A DNA stretch of 64,000 bases from an uncultured Anaerolineaceae bacterium (GTDB taxonomy: Bacteria > Chloroflexota > Limnocylindria > Limnocylindrales > CSP1-4), in NCBI GenBank assembly GCA_964626755.1, contig CAZVGO010000050.1, positions 203,960-267,959 of the forward strand, in the 5' to 3' direction. Position 1 is the stretch's first letter. Every line of letters starts with the position of its first letter. Shown piece after piece: positions 44,467 through 53,844 of this stretch. The translations under genes and the position numbers were made by a program. The notes under the pieces were generated by a model, which was not told where the DNA came from, searched no databases, and saw nothing but the letters and a program-made list of their open reading frames with translations.

Positions 44467-45530
44467 CCGAATCGACCAACAACGGAGCGGTGCAACCAGC
44501 TCTCAGCCCCGAGAACGCGGAGGTCATCCAGCTCACCCGGAAGGACTTCGTGTCCGACCAGGAGGTCCGCTGGTGCCCCGGCTGCGGCGACTACTCGATC
44601 CTCGCCCAGACGCAGAAGGTCATGCCGGACTTCGGCTACCCGAAAGAGAAGATCGTCTTCGTCTCCGGGATCGGCTGCTCGGGCCGGCTGCCGTACTACA
44701 TGAACACGTACGGGTTCCACACGATCCACGGGCGGGCCCCGACGCTCGCGACGGGCCTCAAGGCGGCACGGCCCGACCTGATGGTCTGGGTGATCACCGG
44801 CGACGGCGACGCGCTGTCGATCGGTGGCAACCACGTCCTCCACTCGATGCGCCGCAACGTCGACTTCAAGATGATCATGTTCAACAACCGGATCTACGGC
44901 CTCACCAAGGGCCAGGCGTCACCGACGTCGGAGTTCGGGAAGCGCACGAAATCGACGCCGGCCGGGACGGTCGACACGCCGATCCAGCCGCTGACCGTCG
45001 CCCTCGCAGCCGAGGCGTCCTTCGTCGCCCGCGCGGTCGACACGCACACGGAACACCTGCAAGGGACGCTCAACCGGGCTGGCTTCCACAAGGGCTCCGC
45101 GTTCGTCGAGGTCCTCCAGAACTGCAACATCTTCAACGACGGGGCGTGGCGGGACTTCACCGACCGCGAAGTCCGCGAGGACCGGATGCTCGTGCTCGAG
45201 CACGGCAAGCCGATGATCTTCGGCAAGGACCGCGACAAGGGGATCCGGTTGTCCGGACTCCATCCGGAGGTCGTCCAGCTGGGCGTTGGCGGGGTGACCG
45301 AGGCCGACCTGCTGGTCCACGACGAAAAGGCCGCGGAGCCGTACCTCGCGCTCATGCTCTCGCGGATGTTCTGGCCAGACTTCCCGGTTCCGGTCGGCGT
45401 GCTTCGGGCGGTCCCGCGCCCGACCCACGACCAGCTCATCGAGGCTCAGCTCAGCGAGGCTGTCCTCGGGTCGGGTGAGGGAGACCTGGCGGCGGCGCTC
45501 AACAGCGGGGAGACCTGGACGGTCGAGTAG
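44463..45530 (+). CDS. korB: 2-oxoglutarate:ferredoxin oxidoreductase beta subunit (TPP-binding)
   Basis: WCPGCGDY, GIGCSGR and the GDGD TPP motif. Overlaps the korA stop. Confidence 0.85.
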   Translation: MTESTNNGAVQPALSPENAEVIQLTRKDFVSDQEVRWCPGCGDYSILAQTQKVMPDFGYPKEKIVFVSGIGCSGRLPYYMNTYGFHTIHGRAPTLATGLKAARPDLMVWVITGDGDALSIGGNHVLHSMRRNVDFKMIMFNNRIYGLTKGQASPTSEFGKRTKSTPAGTVDTPIQPLTVALAAEASFVARAVDTHTEHLQGTLNRAGFHKGSAFVEVLQNCNIFNDGAWRDFTDREVREDRMLVLEHGKPMIFGKDRDKGIRLSGLHPEVVQLGVGGVTEADLLVHDEKAAEPYLALMLSRMFWPDFPVPVGVLRAVPRPTHDQLIEAQLSEAVLGSGEGDLAAALNSGETWTVE

Positions 45531-45568
45531 GGGACCGGCCGCTGCGGCCGGCGTGCGAGGAGGCGTCG

Positions 45569-46072
45569 ATGCTCTGCCCGGTCTGCCGGCATGACAACTT
45601 CGAAGGCGAGGACAACTGCGACAACTGCGGTGCCGACCTCCGCACGGCCGACATTCCGTCGGCGGCGGTCGACTATCGCGGCCGGCTCCTCGGCGAGCAC
45701 CTCGACGACCTCGGTGCGTCGACCCCGGAGACGATCGATGCGAGGGCCGATGCCGGCGAAGCGATTCGCCGGATGCACGAGACGGGCATCGACTGCGTGC
45801 TCGTGACCGATGGCGGCCGGCTCGTCGGGATCTTCACGGACCGGGACGCTGTCCTCAAGGTCGCCGGCCGGCCGGCCGGTCCGTGCCCGATCACGGACGT
45901 CATGACCCGCGACCCGGTGGTCCTCCGGCACGACGATCCGATCGCCGTGGCAATCCACAAGATGGCGGTCGGCGGCTTTCGCCATATCCCGATCGTCGAC
46001 GGCCTCGGACTGCCGACCGGCGTCGTCTCCGCCCGCGACGTCTTCCGACATATCGCGTCGGAGCTGCGGTGA
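45569..46072 (+). CDS. Zinc-ribbon plus CBS-domain pair protein
   Basis: N-terminal CPVCRHDNFEGEDNCDNCG (C4) and then two CBS motifs. Confidence 0.65.
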   Translation: MLCPVCRHDNFEGEDNCDNCGADLRTADIPSAAVDYRGRLLGEHLDDLGASTPETIDARADAGEAIRRMHETGIDCVLVTDGGRLVGIFTDRDAVLKVAGRPAGPCPITDVMTRDPVVLRHDDPIAVAIHKMAVGGFRHIPIVDGLGLPTGVVSARDVFRHIASELR

Positions 46073-46452
46073 CGGTGTCCTCGGTGGCGCCGACCGTCGT
46101 GGTGCTGGCCGACGACCTGATCTGGGGCACGCGGTTGACCGCCCAACTCGGCGCCGCCGGCGCGGCGCCGGTCCACGTCCGGGGATCCGCCGAGTTCGAA
46201 GCTGCCCTCGGCGACGCCCGCTTCGCAGTCGTTGACCTCACGGCCCGTGGATATGACGGGATCGCGGAGATCCAGAGGGCGGTGAGTTCGGGCGCCCGAA
46301 CTCTCGCAGTTGGACAACACGATGACCGCGAGAGCCGGGATCGGGCGCTCGCAGCAGGCGCCGAGGCCGTGGTCGCCTACGCGAAGCTGTTCCGCACGGG
46401 CGAGAAGACGCTCAGGCTGTGGATGGCCAGCAGTCCACCCGCCCGGTCGTGA
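46069..46452 (+). CDS. Receiver-domain-like small protein (no output domain)
   Basis: VVVLADD, AVVDL and TLAVGQHDD spacing is reminiscent of a CheY-like fold. GTG start overlaps the upstream stop. Tentative. Confidence 0.35.
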   Translation: MTVSSVAPTVVVLADDLIWGTRLTAQLGAAGAAPVHVRGSAEFEAALGDARFAVVDLTARGYDGIAEIQRAVSSGARTLAVGQHDDRESRDRALAAGAEAVVAYAKLFRTGEKTLRLWMASSPPARS

Positions 46453-47573
46453 TCCCCGCCGAGCGCTACGCCGACCGGATCGCGCGAGCGGCGAAGGCCA
46501 CGACGGAGCAGGGCTTCGATGCACTGCTCGTTGGCGTCGGGCCGGACCTGCGCTATCTCACCGGCTACGAGGCACTTCCGCTCGAACGCCTGACGATGCT
46601 CGTCATACCGTCCGGGGCGGCCGCTCCCCGGCTCCTTGCACCCCGGCTGGAGCTGGCCGCGGCGAGGGCCGGCGTCCGGCCGGACCTGGCGATCGCCACC
46701 TGGGAGGAAACCGAGGATCCCCATGCGCTCGTCGCGTCGCTCGTCGGAGCGGGGCGCCGCGTCGGCGTGTCTGATCGGCTCTGGGCAAGCCACCTGCTCC
46801 GCCTCCAGGCGGAGTTGCCTGGCGTGCATTTCGAGTCCGCGACCGCCGTGTTGCGCGACCTGCGTATGGTCAAGGATCCGGACGAGATCGAGCTTCTTCG
46901 CCTCGCTGCCCACGCCGCCGACCGGGTCATCGCGCAGATCGCGGCTGGGCCGCTCGTCGGCCGGACCGAGGCGGATGTCGCGCACGAGGTCCGCGAGCGC
47001 CTCATCGCCGAGGGCCACGAGCTGGCCGGTTTCTCGATCGTCGCCTCCGGCCCGAACTCGGCGTCGCCTCATCACGAGGCATCCGAGCGCGTGATCCGCG
47101 CCGGCGAACCGATCGTCCTCGACATCGGCGGCACGCTCGGCGGCTATGGGAGCGACATCACGCGGATGGTCTGGGTGACCGGCGGCGATCCCGCGAAGGG
47201 CCCGGTTTCCGAGTATCTCCGCTTGTATGGCGTCCTCCAGAGCGCGCAGGACGAGGCGACCGGCAGCGTTCGCGCGGGGGTTGCCTGTGAACGGATCGAC
47301 GCGGTGGCTCGCGGCATCATCGAGACCGGCGGGTACGGCCCGAACTTCATCCACCGGACCGGCCACGGAATCGGGCTCGAGGGGCACGAAGACCCGTATC
47401 TCATCGCCGGCAACGCCGAGGCACTCCGGGAGGGGTCGGCGTTCAGCGTCGAGCCTGGGATCTACCTCGAGGGCCGCTATGGCGCCCGGATCGAGGACAT
47501 CGTGGTGTGCGGCCGAGATGGGCCCATCGTCCTGAATCAGGCCCCGCGCGACCTCCTCGTCGTGGAAGGCTAG
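46419..47573 (+). CDS. M24 family metallopeptidase (Xaa-Pro aminopeptidase/prolidase-like)
   Basis: Creatinase-like N-terminal domain plus pita-bread metal ligands (DIGG...D, HRTGHGIGLEGHE, EPG..E). The start may instead be the GTG at 46449 overlapping the upstream stop (GTGA). Confidence 0.8.
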   Translation: MDGQQSTRPVVIPAERYADRIARAAKATTEQGFDALLVGVGPDLRYLTGYEALPLERLTMLVIPSGAAAPRLLAPRLELAAARAGVRPDLAIATWEETEDPHALVASLVGAGRRVGVSDRLWASHLLRLQAELPGVHFESATAVLRDLRMVKDPDEIELLRLAAHAADRVIAQIAAGPLVGRTEADVAHEVRERLIAEGHELAGFSIVASGPNSASPHHEASERVIRAGEPIVLDIGGTLGGYGSDITRMVWVTGGDPAKGPVSEYLRLYGVLQSAQDEATGSVRAGVACERIDAVARGIIETGGYGPNFIHRTGHGIGLEGHEDPYLIAGNAEALREGSAFSVEPGIYLEGRYGARIEDIVVCGRDGPIVLNQAPRDLLVVEG

Positions 47574-47868
47574 AGGAACTGGCACCCTCCCAGCCGGCGG
47601 GCCTGGGCCGAGTCTGAGGTATCATCGCCGATAACGGTGACCCCTCGGTCGCCCGCCCAAGCGGCTCGGACATGCATTTGATCTACCCGCGGCGCACCGT
47701 CGCCGCCGCTCGCTCCGGGGACGGCGATTCCCGCGGGGCCGGCCGATGAGCCGGCGCCAGCACCACGGCCACGGGCCACGCGGCCCGCGGCAGGCTGCCG
47801 GACGCGGCCCGCGGCCGGCCCAGCCCGCCCAATCGGGACCGGCTGATCGGCCAGAACCTCGACAATCG

Positions 47869-48315
47869 ATGCCCGTGCCGGATACTTCGGTCGCGTCGTT
47901 CGCCACGGTTCGCCCGCCGATCGCGGCTGCTCCACCGCGCCCCATCGAATGGGTCGCGGATCCGCCGCCCGCGCCCCGGGCCCTGAACGGCAACGGAGTC
48001 GCTCCCGACGGGCCCCAGAACGGCGATAGCGCGACCGCCGGCGCCACCGCGCCGCAGTTCCGACGGTTCATCAAGAGCCGGGCTTACGTACCGATGCACG
48101 AGCTCCGCCGGCGGTTCGGGATCAACGGCATGGAGGACGACGTCACACCGGTCGAGCTGAACGGAGGATGGATCTACGTCGGCCTGCCGGCCCGCGAGGG
48201 CCAGCTTCTCGGCGAGCTGCTCCGCGCCGGCGACGTCGGCTACGAGCTGTCCCTCGACCCCTGCACGCCCATCGTCATCGGCGTCTATCCCATGAGGCCG
48301 GTCCCGCGGCACTAA
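47869..48315 (+). CDS. Hypothetical protein (Pro/Arg-rich N-terminus, structured C-terminus)
   Basis: The ORF is open from 47746. The C-terminal 90 aa (FRRFIKSRAYVPMHELRRRFGINGMEDD...) look globular. No family recognised. Confidence 0.3.
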   Translation: MPVPDTSVASFATVRPPIAAAPPRPIEWVADPPPAPRALNGNGVAPDGPQNGDSATAGATAPQFRRFIKSRAYVPMHELRRRFGINGMEDDVTPVELNGGWIYVGLPAREGQLLGELLRAGDVGYELSLDPCTPIVIGVYPMRPVPRH

Positions 48316-48321
48316 CCCGAC

Positions 48322-48891
48322 TCAATCGAACAGGCGGGTTATTGGGAGCTCGATCCCCTCGAGGCGGAGCAGTTCTCGCTTGACCTCGAGCAGCGCTTCG
48401 CGGGACCCCCACCAGCCTCCGCCGTAGCCGCCGAGCGAGCCGTCCCCGGCGAGCACGCGATGGCACGGGATGACGATCCCGACCGGGTTGCGCCCGACCG
48501 CTCCGCCGACCGCACGAGCAGCGCCTGGCCGACCGATCCGGCGCGCGACGCGGCCGTAGCTCGTCGCCTCGCCCCACGGGACGGCCGCGACGCCCGCGAG
48601 GACCGCCACGTCCCACGCCGCGCGCGGTCCAAGCTCGAGTGGCAGATCGAACGTCCGTCGCCGGCCGGCGAGGTACTCCGCGACCTGGTCCGCCGCGGCC
48701 CGGGCCACGCGGCCATCGGCACCGTCGCGTGCGGGTCCGGCCTTGCCGAAGCGCCGCTCGAGCGACGCCACGAATTGCTCCGTCGGTACGAGGTGGCTCA
48801 GCGCAACGACGGCGGTTGCTGTCGCTGCGAGGTGGACAGGGCCCCACGGCGCGTCGACGATCTCGTACGCGGCGTCCTGCATGACCCGCAT
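48322..48891 (-). CDS. ogt: Methylated-DNA--protein-cysteine methyltransferase
   Basis: Active-site IPCHRV, an HTH and an N-terminal Ada-like domain. Confidence 0.85.
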   Translation of the reverse strand: MRVMQDAAYEIVDAPWGPVHLAATATAVVALSHLVPTEQFVASLERRFGKAGPARDGADGRVARAAADQVAEYLAGRRRTFDLPLELGPRAAWDVAVLAGVAAVPWGEATSYGRVARRIGRPGAARAVGGAVGRNPVGIVIPCHRVLAGDGSLGGYGGGWWGSREALLEVKRELLRLEGIELPITRLFD

Positions 48892-48902
48892 AGTGGGGTC
48901 TG

Positions 48903-51368
48903 TCAGGTGCCCGCGCTGGCGACCCGCCCCTCCATCGGGCGCGTCGGTGTCGTGCCGAATCTCGGCGGGCGGAATCCGCGAAGACGGAGAGCGTTCGAGA
49001 CGACCGTGACCGACGAGAGAGCCATGGCCGCTGCCGCGATGATCGGATCGAGCAAGACCCCTGTGAATGGGTACAAGGCCCCGGCAGCGAGTGGGATGAG
49101 CGCGACGTTGTAGGCAAAGGCCCAGAACAGGTTCTGCTTGATGTTCCGCATCGTCGCTCGCGACAGCGATATCGCAGTAACGAGAGCACGAAGGTCGCCG
49201 CTCATGAGCGTTACGGCGCCTGACTCGATCGCCACATCCGTGCCCGTCCCGATCGCGATCCCGACGTCGGCCTGGGCGAGGGCGGGGGCGTCGTTGATGC
49301 CGTCCCCGACCATGGCCACGAGCTTGCCCTCGCCCTGGAGCCTGCGGACCTGGGCCGCCTTCTCGTCCGGTCGCACGTCGGCAAGCACCCGCTCGACGCC
49401 CGCCTGGCGGGCGATCGCCCGCGCGGTCGCCTCGTTGTCGCCGGTCATCATCGCGACCTTGAGTCCGAGCCGGCGGAGCTCCGCGACGGCTTCCACCGAT
49501 CCGGCCTTGAGCGTGTCGGCGATGGCGATGACTCCCGCGGGCCGACCGTCGACGGCGACGATCACCGGTGTCTTTCCGGCGGCGGCGAGCTCGTCCGCCG
49601 CGGCGACCAGTGGGCCGGGATCGATATTCCGGCTCTCGAGAAAGCCGGGCCGGCCGATGAGGACGTCGCGCCCCCCGACAGTCGCGGCGATCCCCTGGCC
49701 GAAGACCGCCTCGAATCGGGTTGCCTCTCCGACGTTTTGCCCCCGTTCGTCACGGGCGAACCGGACGATAGCCTCCCCGAGCGGATGCTCGGAGCCTCGC
49801 TCGGCCGCAGCGGCGAGGCCGATCAGCTCCTCCTCGCCCGGTGCGTCGGGCGCCCGAATGACGTCGGTGACCCGGGGCTCGCCCTCGGTCAGCGTGCCGG
49901 TCTTGTCGAGGACGACGGCCCGGACGTTGTGGAGCCGCTCGAGCGCCTCGGCGTTTCGGAACAGGACGCCGTTCTCGGCCCCCTTGCCCGTCCCGACCAT
50001 GATCGACGTCGGCGTGGCCAGCCCGAGCGCACACGGGCAGGCGATGATGAGAACCGCCACGGTGTTGAGCAGCGCCAGGTTGAAGGCCGGCTCCGGCCCG
50101 AAGACGAACCAGCTGACGAACGTCAGCGCTGCGATCCCGAGAACCGCCGGAACGAAGTAGCTCGTGACGAGATCGGCGAGGCGCTGGATCGGGGCCTTCG
50201 ATCCCTGCGCGTCCTGGACGAGCCGGACGATCTGGGCGAGCACCGTGTCGCGACCGACCCGTGTCGCCTCGAAGCGGAAGCTGCCCGACGTGTTGATCGT
50301 CCCGCCGATGACCTCCTCGCCCGGCTCCTTTGTGACGGGGATCGACTCCCCGGTGACCATGCTCTCGTCGACCGCGGAGCGGCCATCCCGGACGATGCCG
50401 TCGACCGCGATCTTCTCGCCAGGCCGGACGATGACGACGTCGCCTCGCACGACCTGCTCGATCGGGACGTCCCGTTCGTTGCCTCCTCGAAGGACGCGCG
50501 CGGTCCGCGGCTGCAGACCGATCAGCTTCTTGATCGCGTCGGACGTGTGGCTCCGGGCCCGGGCCTCGAGGAACCGGCCCAGGAGGATGAGGGTGATGAT
50601 CACAGCCGATGTGTCGAAATAGAGCGGCAGCTGCGCCCCCGTCGCGACCCCGGCGGCGCGGAAGAAACCCGGGAACAGGATCGCGGCGAGGCTGTAGAAG
50701 TAGGCGGCCGAGGTGCCTACGGCAATGAGCGTGTTCATGTCCGTCGCCCGATGGCGAGCGACGTTCCAGGCGCCCTTGTAGAACGGCCAGCCGGCGTAGA
50801 ACTGGACCGGGGTGGCGAGCGCGAGCTGGAGCCACGGGTTCGTGAGGAAAGCCGGGAGGAACGGCGCGATCGTCATCGAGGCGAGCCCAGCGACCAGCGG
50901 AATTGTGAGGGCGGCGGCCACCATCAACCGCCGGCGGGTCTCGACGAGGTGGCGCTGCTGGTAGCTCGTCTCGGGCGTGCGCGCCGCCTCATGATAGTCG
51001 GCATGGGGCTCGGCCCCGACGGCTTCACCGGCTCTCACCGGCGTGGCGTCGACGAGCAGCTTCGCCTCGTAGCCCGCGGCCTCGACGGCGCCGATCAGCT
51101 GCTCGCTCGTGACGTCCGGACGGGCGACGACCGAGGCGCGCTCGGTGGCGAGATTGACGTTCGCCTCTTCGACGCCGTCAACCTTGCGGAGATAGCGCTC
51201 GATGCGGTTGACGCACGAGGCGCAGGTCATGCCCTCGATGTCGAGAGCCAGCGTCCGCGGCCCGGCAAGGCGGCTTTCCGGCGTCCGGAAGACGATCTCG
51301 ACCGACTGATTGGCGGTACCACCCGACGTCGTCATCGGTCGGGTGTCACCAGCGCAGGGATGCGTCAC
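48903..51368 (-). CDS. copA: Copper(I)-translocating P1B-type ATPase
   Basis: HMA domain GMTCASC, a CPC transmembrane motif ([13 protein letters not shown]), [15 protein letters not shown], and a C-terminal second metal-binding region. Start is the GTG at 51368 or the ATG at 51335. Confidence 0.9.
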   Translation of the reverse strand: MTHPCAGDTRPMTTSGGTANQSVEIVFRTPESRLAGPRTLALDIEGMTCASCVNRIERYLRKVDGVEEANVNLATERASVVARPDVTSEQLIGAVEAAGYEAKLLVDATPVRAGEAVGAEPHADYHEAARTPETSYQQRHLVETRRRLMVAAALTIPLVAGLASMTIAPFLPAFLTNPWLQLALATPVQFYAGWPFYKGAWNVARHRATDMNTLIAVGTSAAYFYSLAAILFPGFFRAAGVATGAQLPLYFDTSAVIITLILLGRFLEARARSHTSDAIKKLIGLQPRTARVLRGGNERDVPIEQVVRGDVVIVRPGEKIAVDGIVRDGRSAVDESMVTGESIPVTKEPGEEVIGGTINTSGSFRFEATRVGRDTVLAQIVRLVQDAQGSKAPIQRLADLVTSYFVPAVLGIAALTFVSWFVFGPEPAFNLALLNTVAVLIIACPCALGLATPTSIMVGTGKGAENGVLFRNAEALERLHNVRAVVLDKTGTLTEGEPRVTDVIRAPDAPGEEELIGLAAAAERGSEHPLGEAIVRFARDERGQNVGEATRFEAVFGQGIAATVGGRDVLIGRPGFLESRNIDPGPLVAAADELAAAGKTPVIVAVDGRPAGVIAIADTLKAGSVEAVAELRRLGLKVAMMTGDNEATARAIARQAGVERVLADVRPDEKAAQVRRLQGEGKLVAMVGDGINDAPALAQADVGIAIGTGTDVAIESGAVTLMSGDLRALVTAISLSRATMRNIKQNLFWAFAYNVALIPLAAGALYPFTGVLLDPIIAAAAMALSSVTVVSNALRLRGFRPPRFGTTPTRPMEGRVASAGT

Positions 51369-51416
51369 TGGTCTCGAGAAGGACCAATTGCACCTTCAAA
51401 CCTCGGCAGCAGGTTG

Positions 51417-51433
51417 ATACTCCCCATGAGTAT
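51417..51433 (-). promoter_or_regulatory. Palindromic operator-like site ATACTC-N5-GAGTAT overlapping an extended -10 (TGcTATACT) upstream of copA
   Basis: The inverted repeat reads identically on both strands. On the minus strand tgcTATACT gives a TGn-extended -10 about 45 nt upstream of the copA start. The architecture resembles CsoR-type operators (ATAC-C-rich-GTAT). Confidence 0.5.
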
Positions 51434-51472
51434 AGCAACGTTCGGACCGCGCCCCCACCGCGGAGGGCGCGA

Positions 51473-51967
51473 TCAGCCCGCAAGGGCGATCGCCGCGATG
51501 ACCGCGCCCGCTCCGAGAGCCGCCGTGAACGCCGCGATCGCGCCGGCCCGCCGTCCGAATCCGAACGGTGTCAGGATCTCCCCGCAGAGCAGGCCGATGA
51601 GCGCGGGTCCCGCAGCGAGCGTCCCGACGAGCAAGCCGCTCGCGATGTCCGGCCCGCCGGGCGCCAGGACGACGCGGGCGCCCGCGAACACGATCGTCAG
51701 GTCGGACGCAACGAGGAACGCGGCCACCGCCCCGAGGATCGCATCCCCCCGGGTCGCGGCCATCGCCACGGGATAGGCGACGGGCAGCACGGCAAGAGCG
51801 AAGATTGCCGGCGCGAGGAGGAGTGCGCCGGGCACGCCGGGCGGCAGCGCGTAGGGCCCACCTGTCACCAGGCCGGCCCCGGCGAGCGCTCCGATGGCGA
51901 CCACCCCGGATACGGCGGCGGCCACGAGGGCGCGCCGCAGCCAGGGTGGAACGAGCTGTTGTGGCAT
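51473..51967 (-). CDS. Hypothetical membrane protein (4-5 TM helices)
   Basis: Starts at MPQQLVPPW. The longer ORF version is a low-complexity extension. Located immediately upstream of the copA promoter. Confidence 0.4.
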   Translation of the reverse strand: MPQQLVPPWLRRALVAAAVSGVVAIGALAGAGLVTGGPYALPPGVPGALLLAPAIFALAVLPVAYPVAMAATRGDAILGAVAAFLVASDLTIVFAGARVVLAPGGPDIASGLLVGTLAAGPALIGLLCGEILTPFGFGRRAGAIAAFTAALGAGAVIAAIALAG

Positions 51968-51991
51968 CCCTTCGCATCCTACACTCGCCAC

Positions 51992-52498
51992 GTGGCCACG
52001 CCTGATCGCCACTCGCGGATCGACCTGCCGCCGGACCCGCGCGACCTGGCGGGCGACTTTGCGTTCCGGCGCGACGTCGAGGTCCGGTTCGCCGACACGG
52101 ACGCGATGGGTCACGTCAACAACGCCGCGTACCTCACGTACTGCGAGATCGCCCGGGCGGCCTACTACGAGGCGGTGACCGGCCGGCCGCTCGCGCTCGG
52201 CGTCCACGGCGCGGAGGAGGGGATGATCCTCGCCGAGGTGCGGGTGACGTTCCGCGCGCCGGCCTTCTACGGGGAGACGTTCGCGGTGGAGACGCGCGTT
52301 GTGCGGATCGGCCGGTCGAGCTTCACGATGGAGCACCGGATCTCCGCGCCGGACAGCCGCTACGGCTCGCGCAGACTCGTTGCGGTGGCCGAGTCCGTTC
52401 TCGTCACGTACGACTACACCGCCGGACGGCCGGTCCCCGTGCCTGACTCGCTCGTCACCGGGATCGAGTCGTTCGAGGGGCTCTCGCTGCGCGCCTGA
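51992..52498 (+). CDS. Hotdog-fold acyl-CoA thioesterase (4HBT/YbgC-like)
   Basis: DTDAMGHVNNAAYLTY catalytic-Asp motif. The start is moved to the GTG at VATPDRH to avoid a 5'-5' overlap with the divergent membrane gene. Confidence 0.7.
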   Translation: MATPDRHSRIDLPPDPRDLAGDFAFRRDVEVRFADTDAMGHVNNAAYLTYCEIARAAYYEAVTGRPLALGVHGAEEGMILAEVRVTFRAPAFYGETFAVETRVVRIGRSSFTMEHRISAPDSRYGSRRLVAVAESVLVTYDYTAGRPVPVPDSLVTGIESFEGLSLRA

Positions 52499-52507
52499 GA
52501 CGGTGGC

Positions 52508-53773
52508 TCAGGAATCGAAGCGACGGAACACTGCGACCGCGTTCTGGCCGCCGAACCCGAAGCCGTTGACCATTGCGGTGTCGACCCGCGCCTCGCGTTT
52601 CACGAGCGGGACGTAGTCGAGGTCGCACTCCGGGTCCGGGTGCTCGAGGTTGATCGTCGGCGGGATGCAGCCCTCGCGGATCGCGCCCACCGCGGTCACC
52701 GCGGCGACCGCTCCAGCGCCTCCGAGCAGGTGGCCGATCATCGACTTCGGCGACGAGATCGGAACGCGGTACGCCTGCTCCCCGAACGCGGCCTTGATCG
52801 CTCGCGTCTCAGTGACGTCGTTGAGGGGGGTCGAGGTGCCGTGGGCCACGATGTAGTCGATCCCCTCGGGCGTCACGCCGGCGTCCAGCATCGCCCGGGT
52901 CATCGCCATCGCCGCCCCGCGGCCGGTCGGCTCCGGGGCGCTGATGTGGAACGCGTCGGCGGTGAGCGCCGCACCGAGGACCTCGGCGTGGATCGTGGCT
53001 CCGCGCGCCCGGGCGTGCTCGGCGGACTCGACGACGCACACCGCCGCGCCCTCGCCGAAGAGGAAGCCGTCCCGATCACGGTCGAATGGGCGCGAGGCGT
53101 GGACCGGGTCGTCGTTCCGCTTCGAGAGCGCGCCCATGTTGCCGAGCGCGGCAAAGGCCATCGGCAGAAGCGGGGCCTCGGAGCCGCCGGCGAGGACGAC
53201 ATCGCACTCTCCCGAGCGGATGAGCCGCAGCGCGTCCTGGAACGCGATCACGCCGCTGGCGCAGGCGGCGACCTGGGTGATGAGCGGCCCCGTCAGCCCG
53301 TACTTCATCGACACCTGTGCCGCGGCCATCGACCCGGACAGTGCGGGGATCGCGAACGGCGAGACCTGTCCGGGCCCCCGGGTCCGCAGGACGTCGGCGC
53401 CCTCGGTGACCTGCTCCATCCCGCCGCCGCCCGTGTTGATCGCCACCCCAACGCGGTCGCGCTTCTCGATCGGCCAGGCTTCGAAGTCGAGCCCCGCGTC
53501 CGCGACTGCCTCCGCTGCCGCGGCCACGCCGAAGTGGATGAACCGGCTCATCCGGCGGGCCATCTTCCGGTCCATCACCGCCGTCGGATCGAAGTCCTTG
53601 ACCTCCGCGGCGATCCGAACGTCGAACTCGGCCGGATCGAACGAGGTGATCGGGCCCGCCCCGGACACGCCGGCCAGGAGGTTCCGCCAGAACGTTGGCG
53701 CGTCATTGCCGATCGGCGTGATGGCGCCCATGCCGGTGATGACGGCCCGGCGGGACAGATCACGATCGGGCAA
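52508..53773 (-). CDS. fabF: Beta-ketoacyl-ACP synthase II (elongating KAS, second of a tandem pair)
   Basis: Cys-His-His triad: VAACASGVI, HGTSTPLND, GHLLGGAGA. Confidence 0.9.
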   Translation of the reverse strand: MPDRDLSRRAVITGMGAITPIGNDAPTFWRNLLAGVSGAGPITSFDPAEFDVRIAAEVKDFDPTAVMDRKMARRMSRFIHFGVAAAAEAVADAGLDFEAWPIEKRDRVGVAINTGGGGMEQVTEGADVLRTRGPGQVSPFAIPALSGSMAAAQVSMKYGLTGPLITQVAACASGVIAFQDALRLIRSGECDVVLAGGSEAPLLPMAFAALGNMGALSKRNDDPVHASRPFDRDRDGFLFGEGAAVCVVESAEHARARGATIHAEVLGAALTADAFHISAPEPTGRGAAMAMTRAMLDAGVTPEGIDYIVAHGTSTPLNDVTETRAIKAAFGEQAYRVPISSPKSMIGHLLGGAGAVAAVTAVGAIREGCIPPTINLEHPDPECDLDYVPLVKREARVDTAMVNGFGFGGQNAVAVFRRFDS

Positions 53774-53844
53774 GGTGGATCACCTCGGAGTGGTCAAGGT
53801 CGCGATTGTATCGGGCCGTCCGAAAGACTCAGCCAGCCGAGGCC

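Noticed and set aside
48322-52000. Search for a csoR/copY/cueR gene next to copA to pair with the palindrome
   Set aside because: Neighbours are ogt, a membrane protein of unknown function and a thioesterase. No approximately 100-aa Cys/His-containing helical repressor ORF is visible, so the regulator is presumed to lie outside the window.
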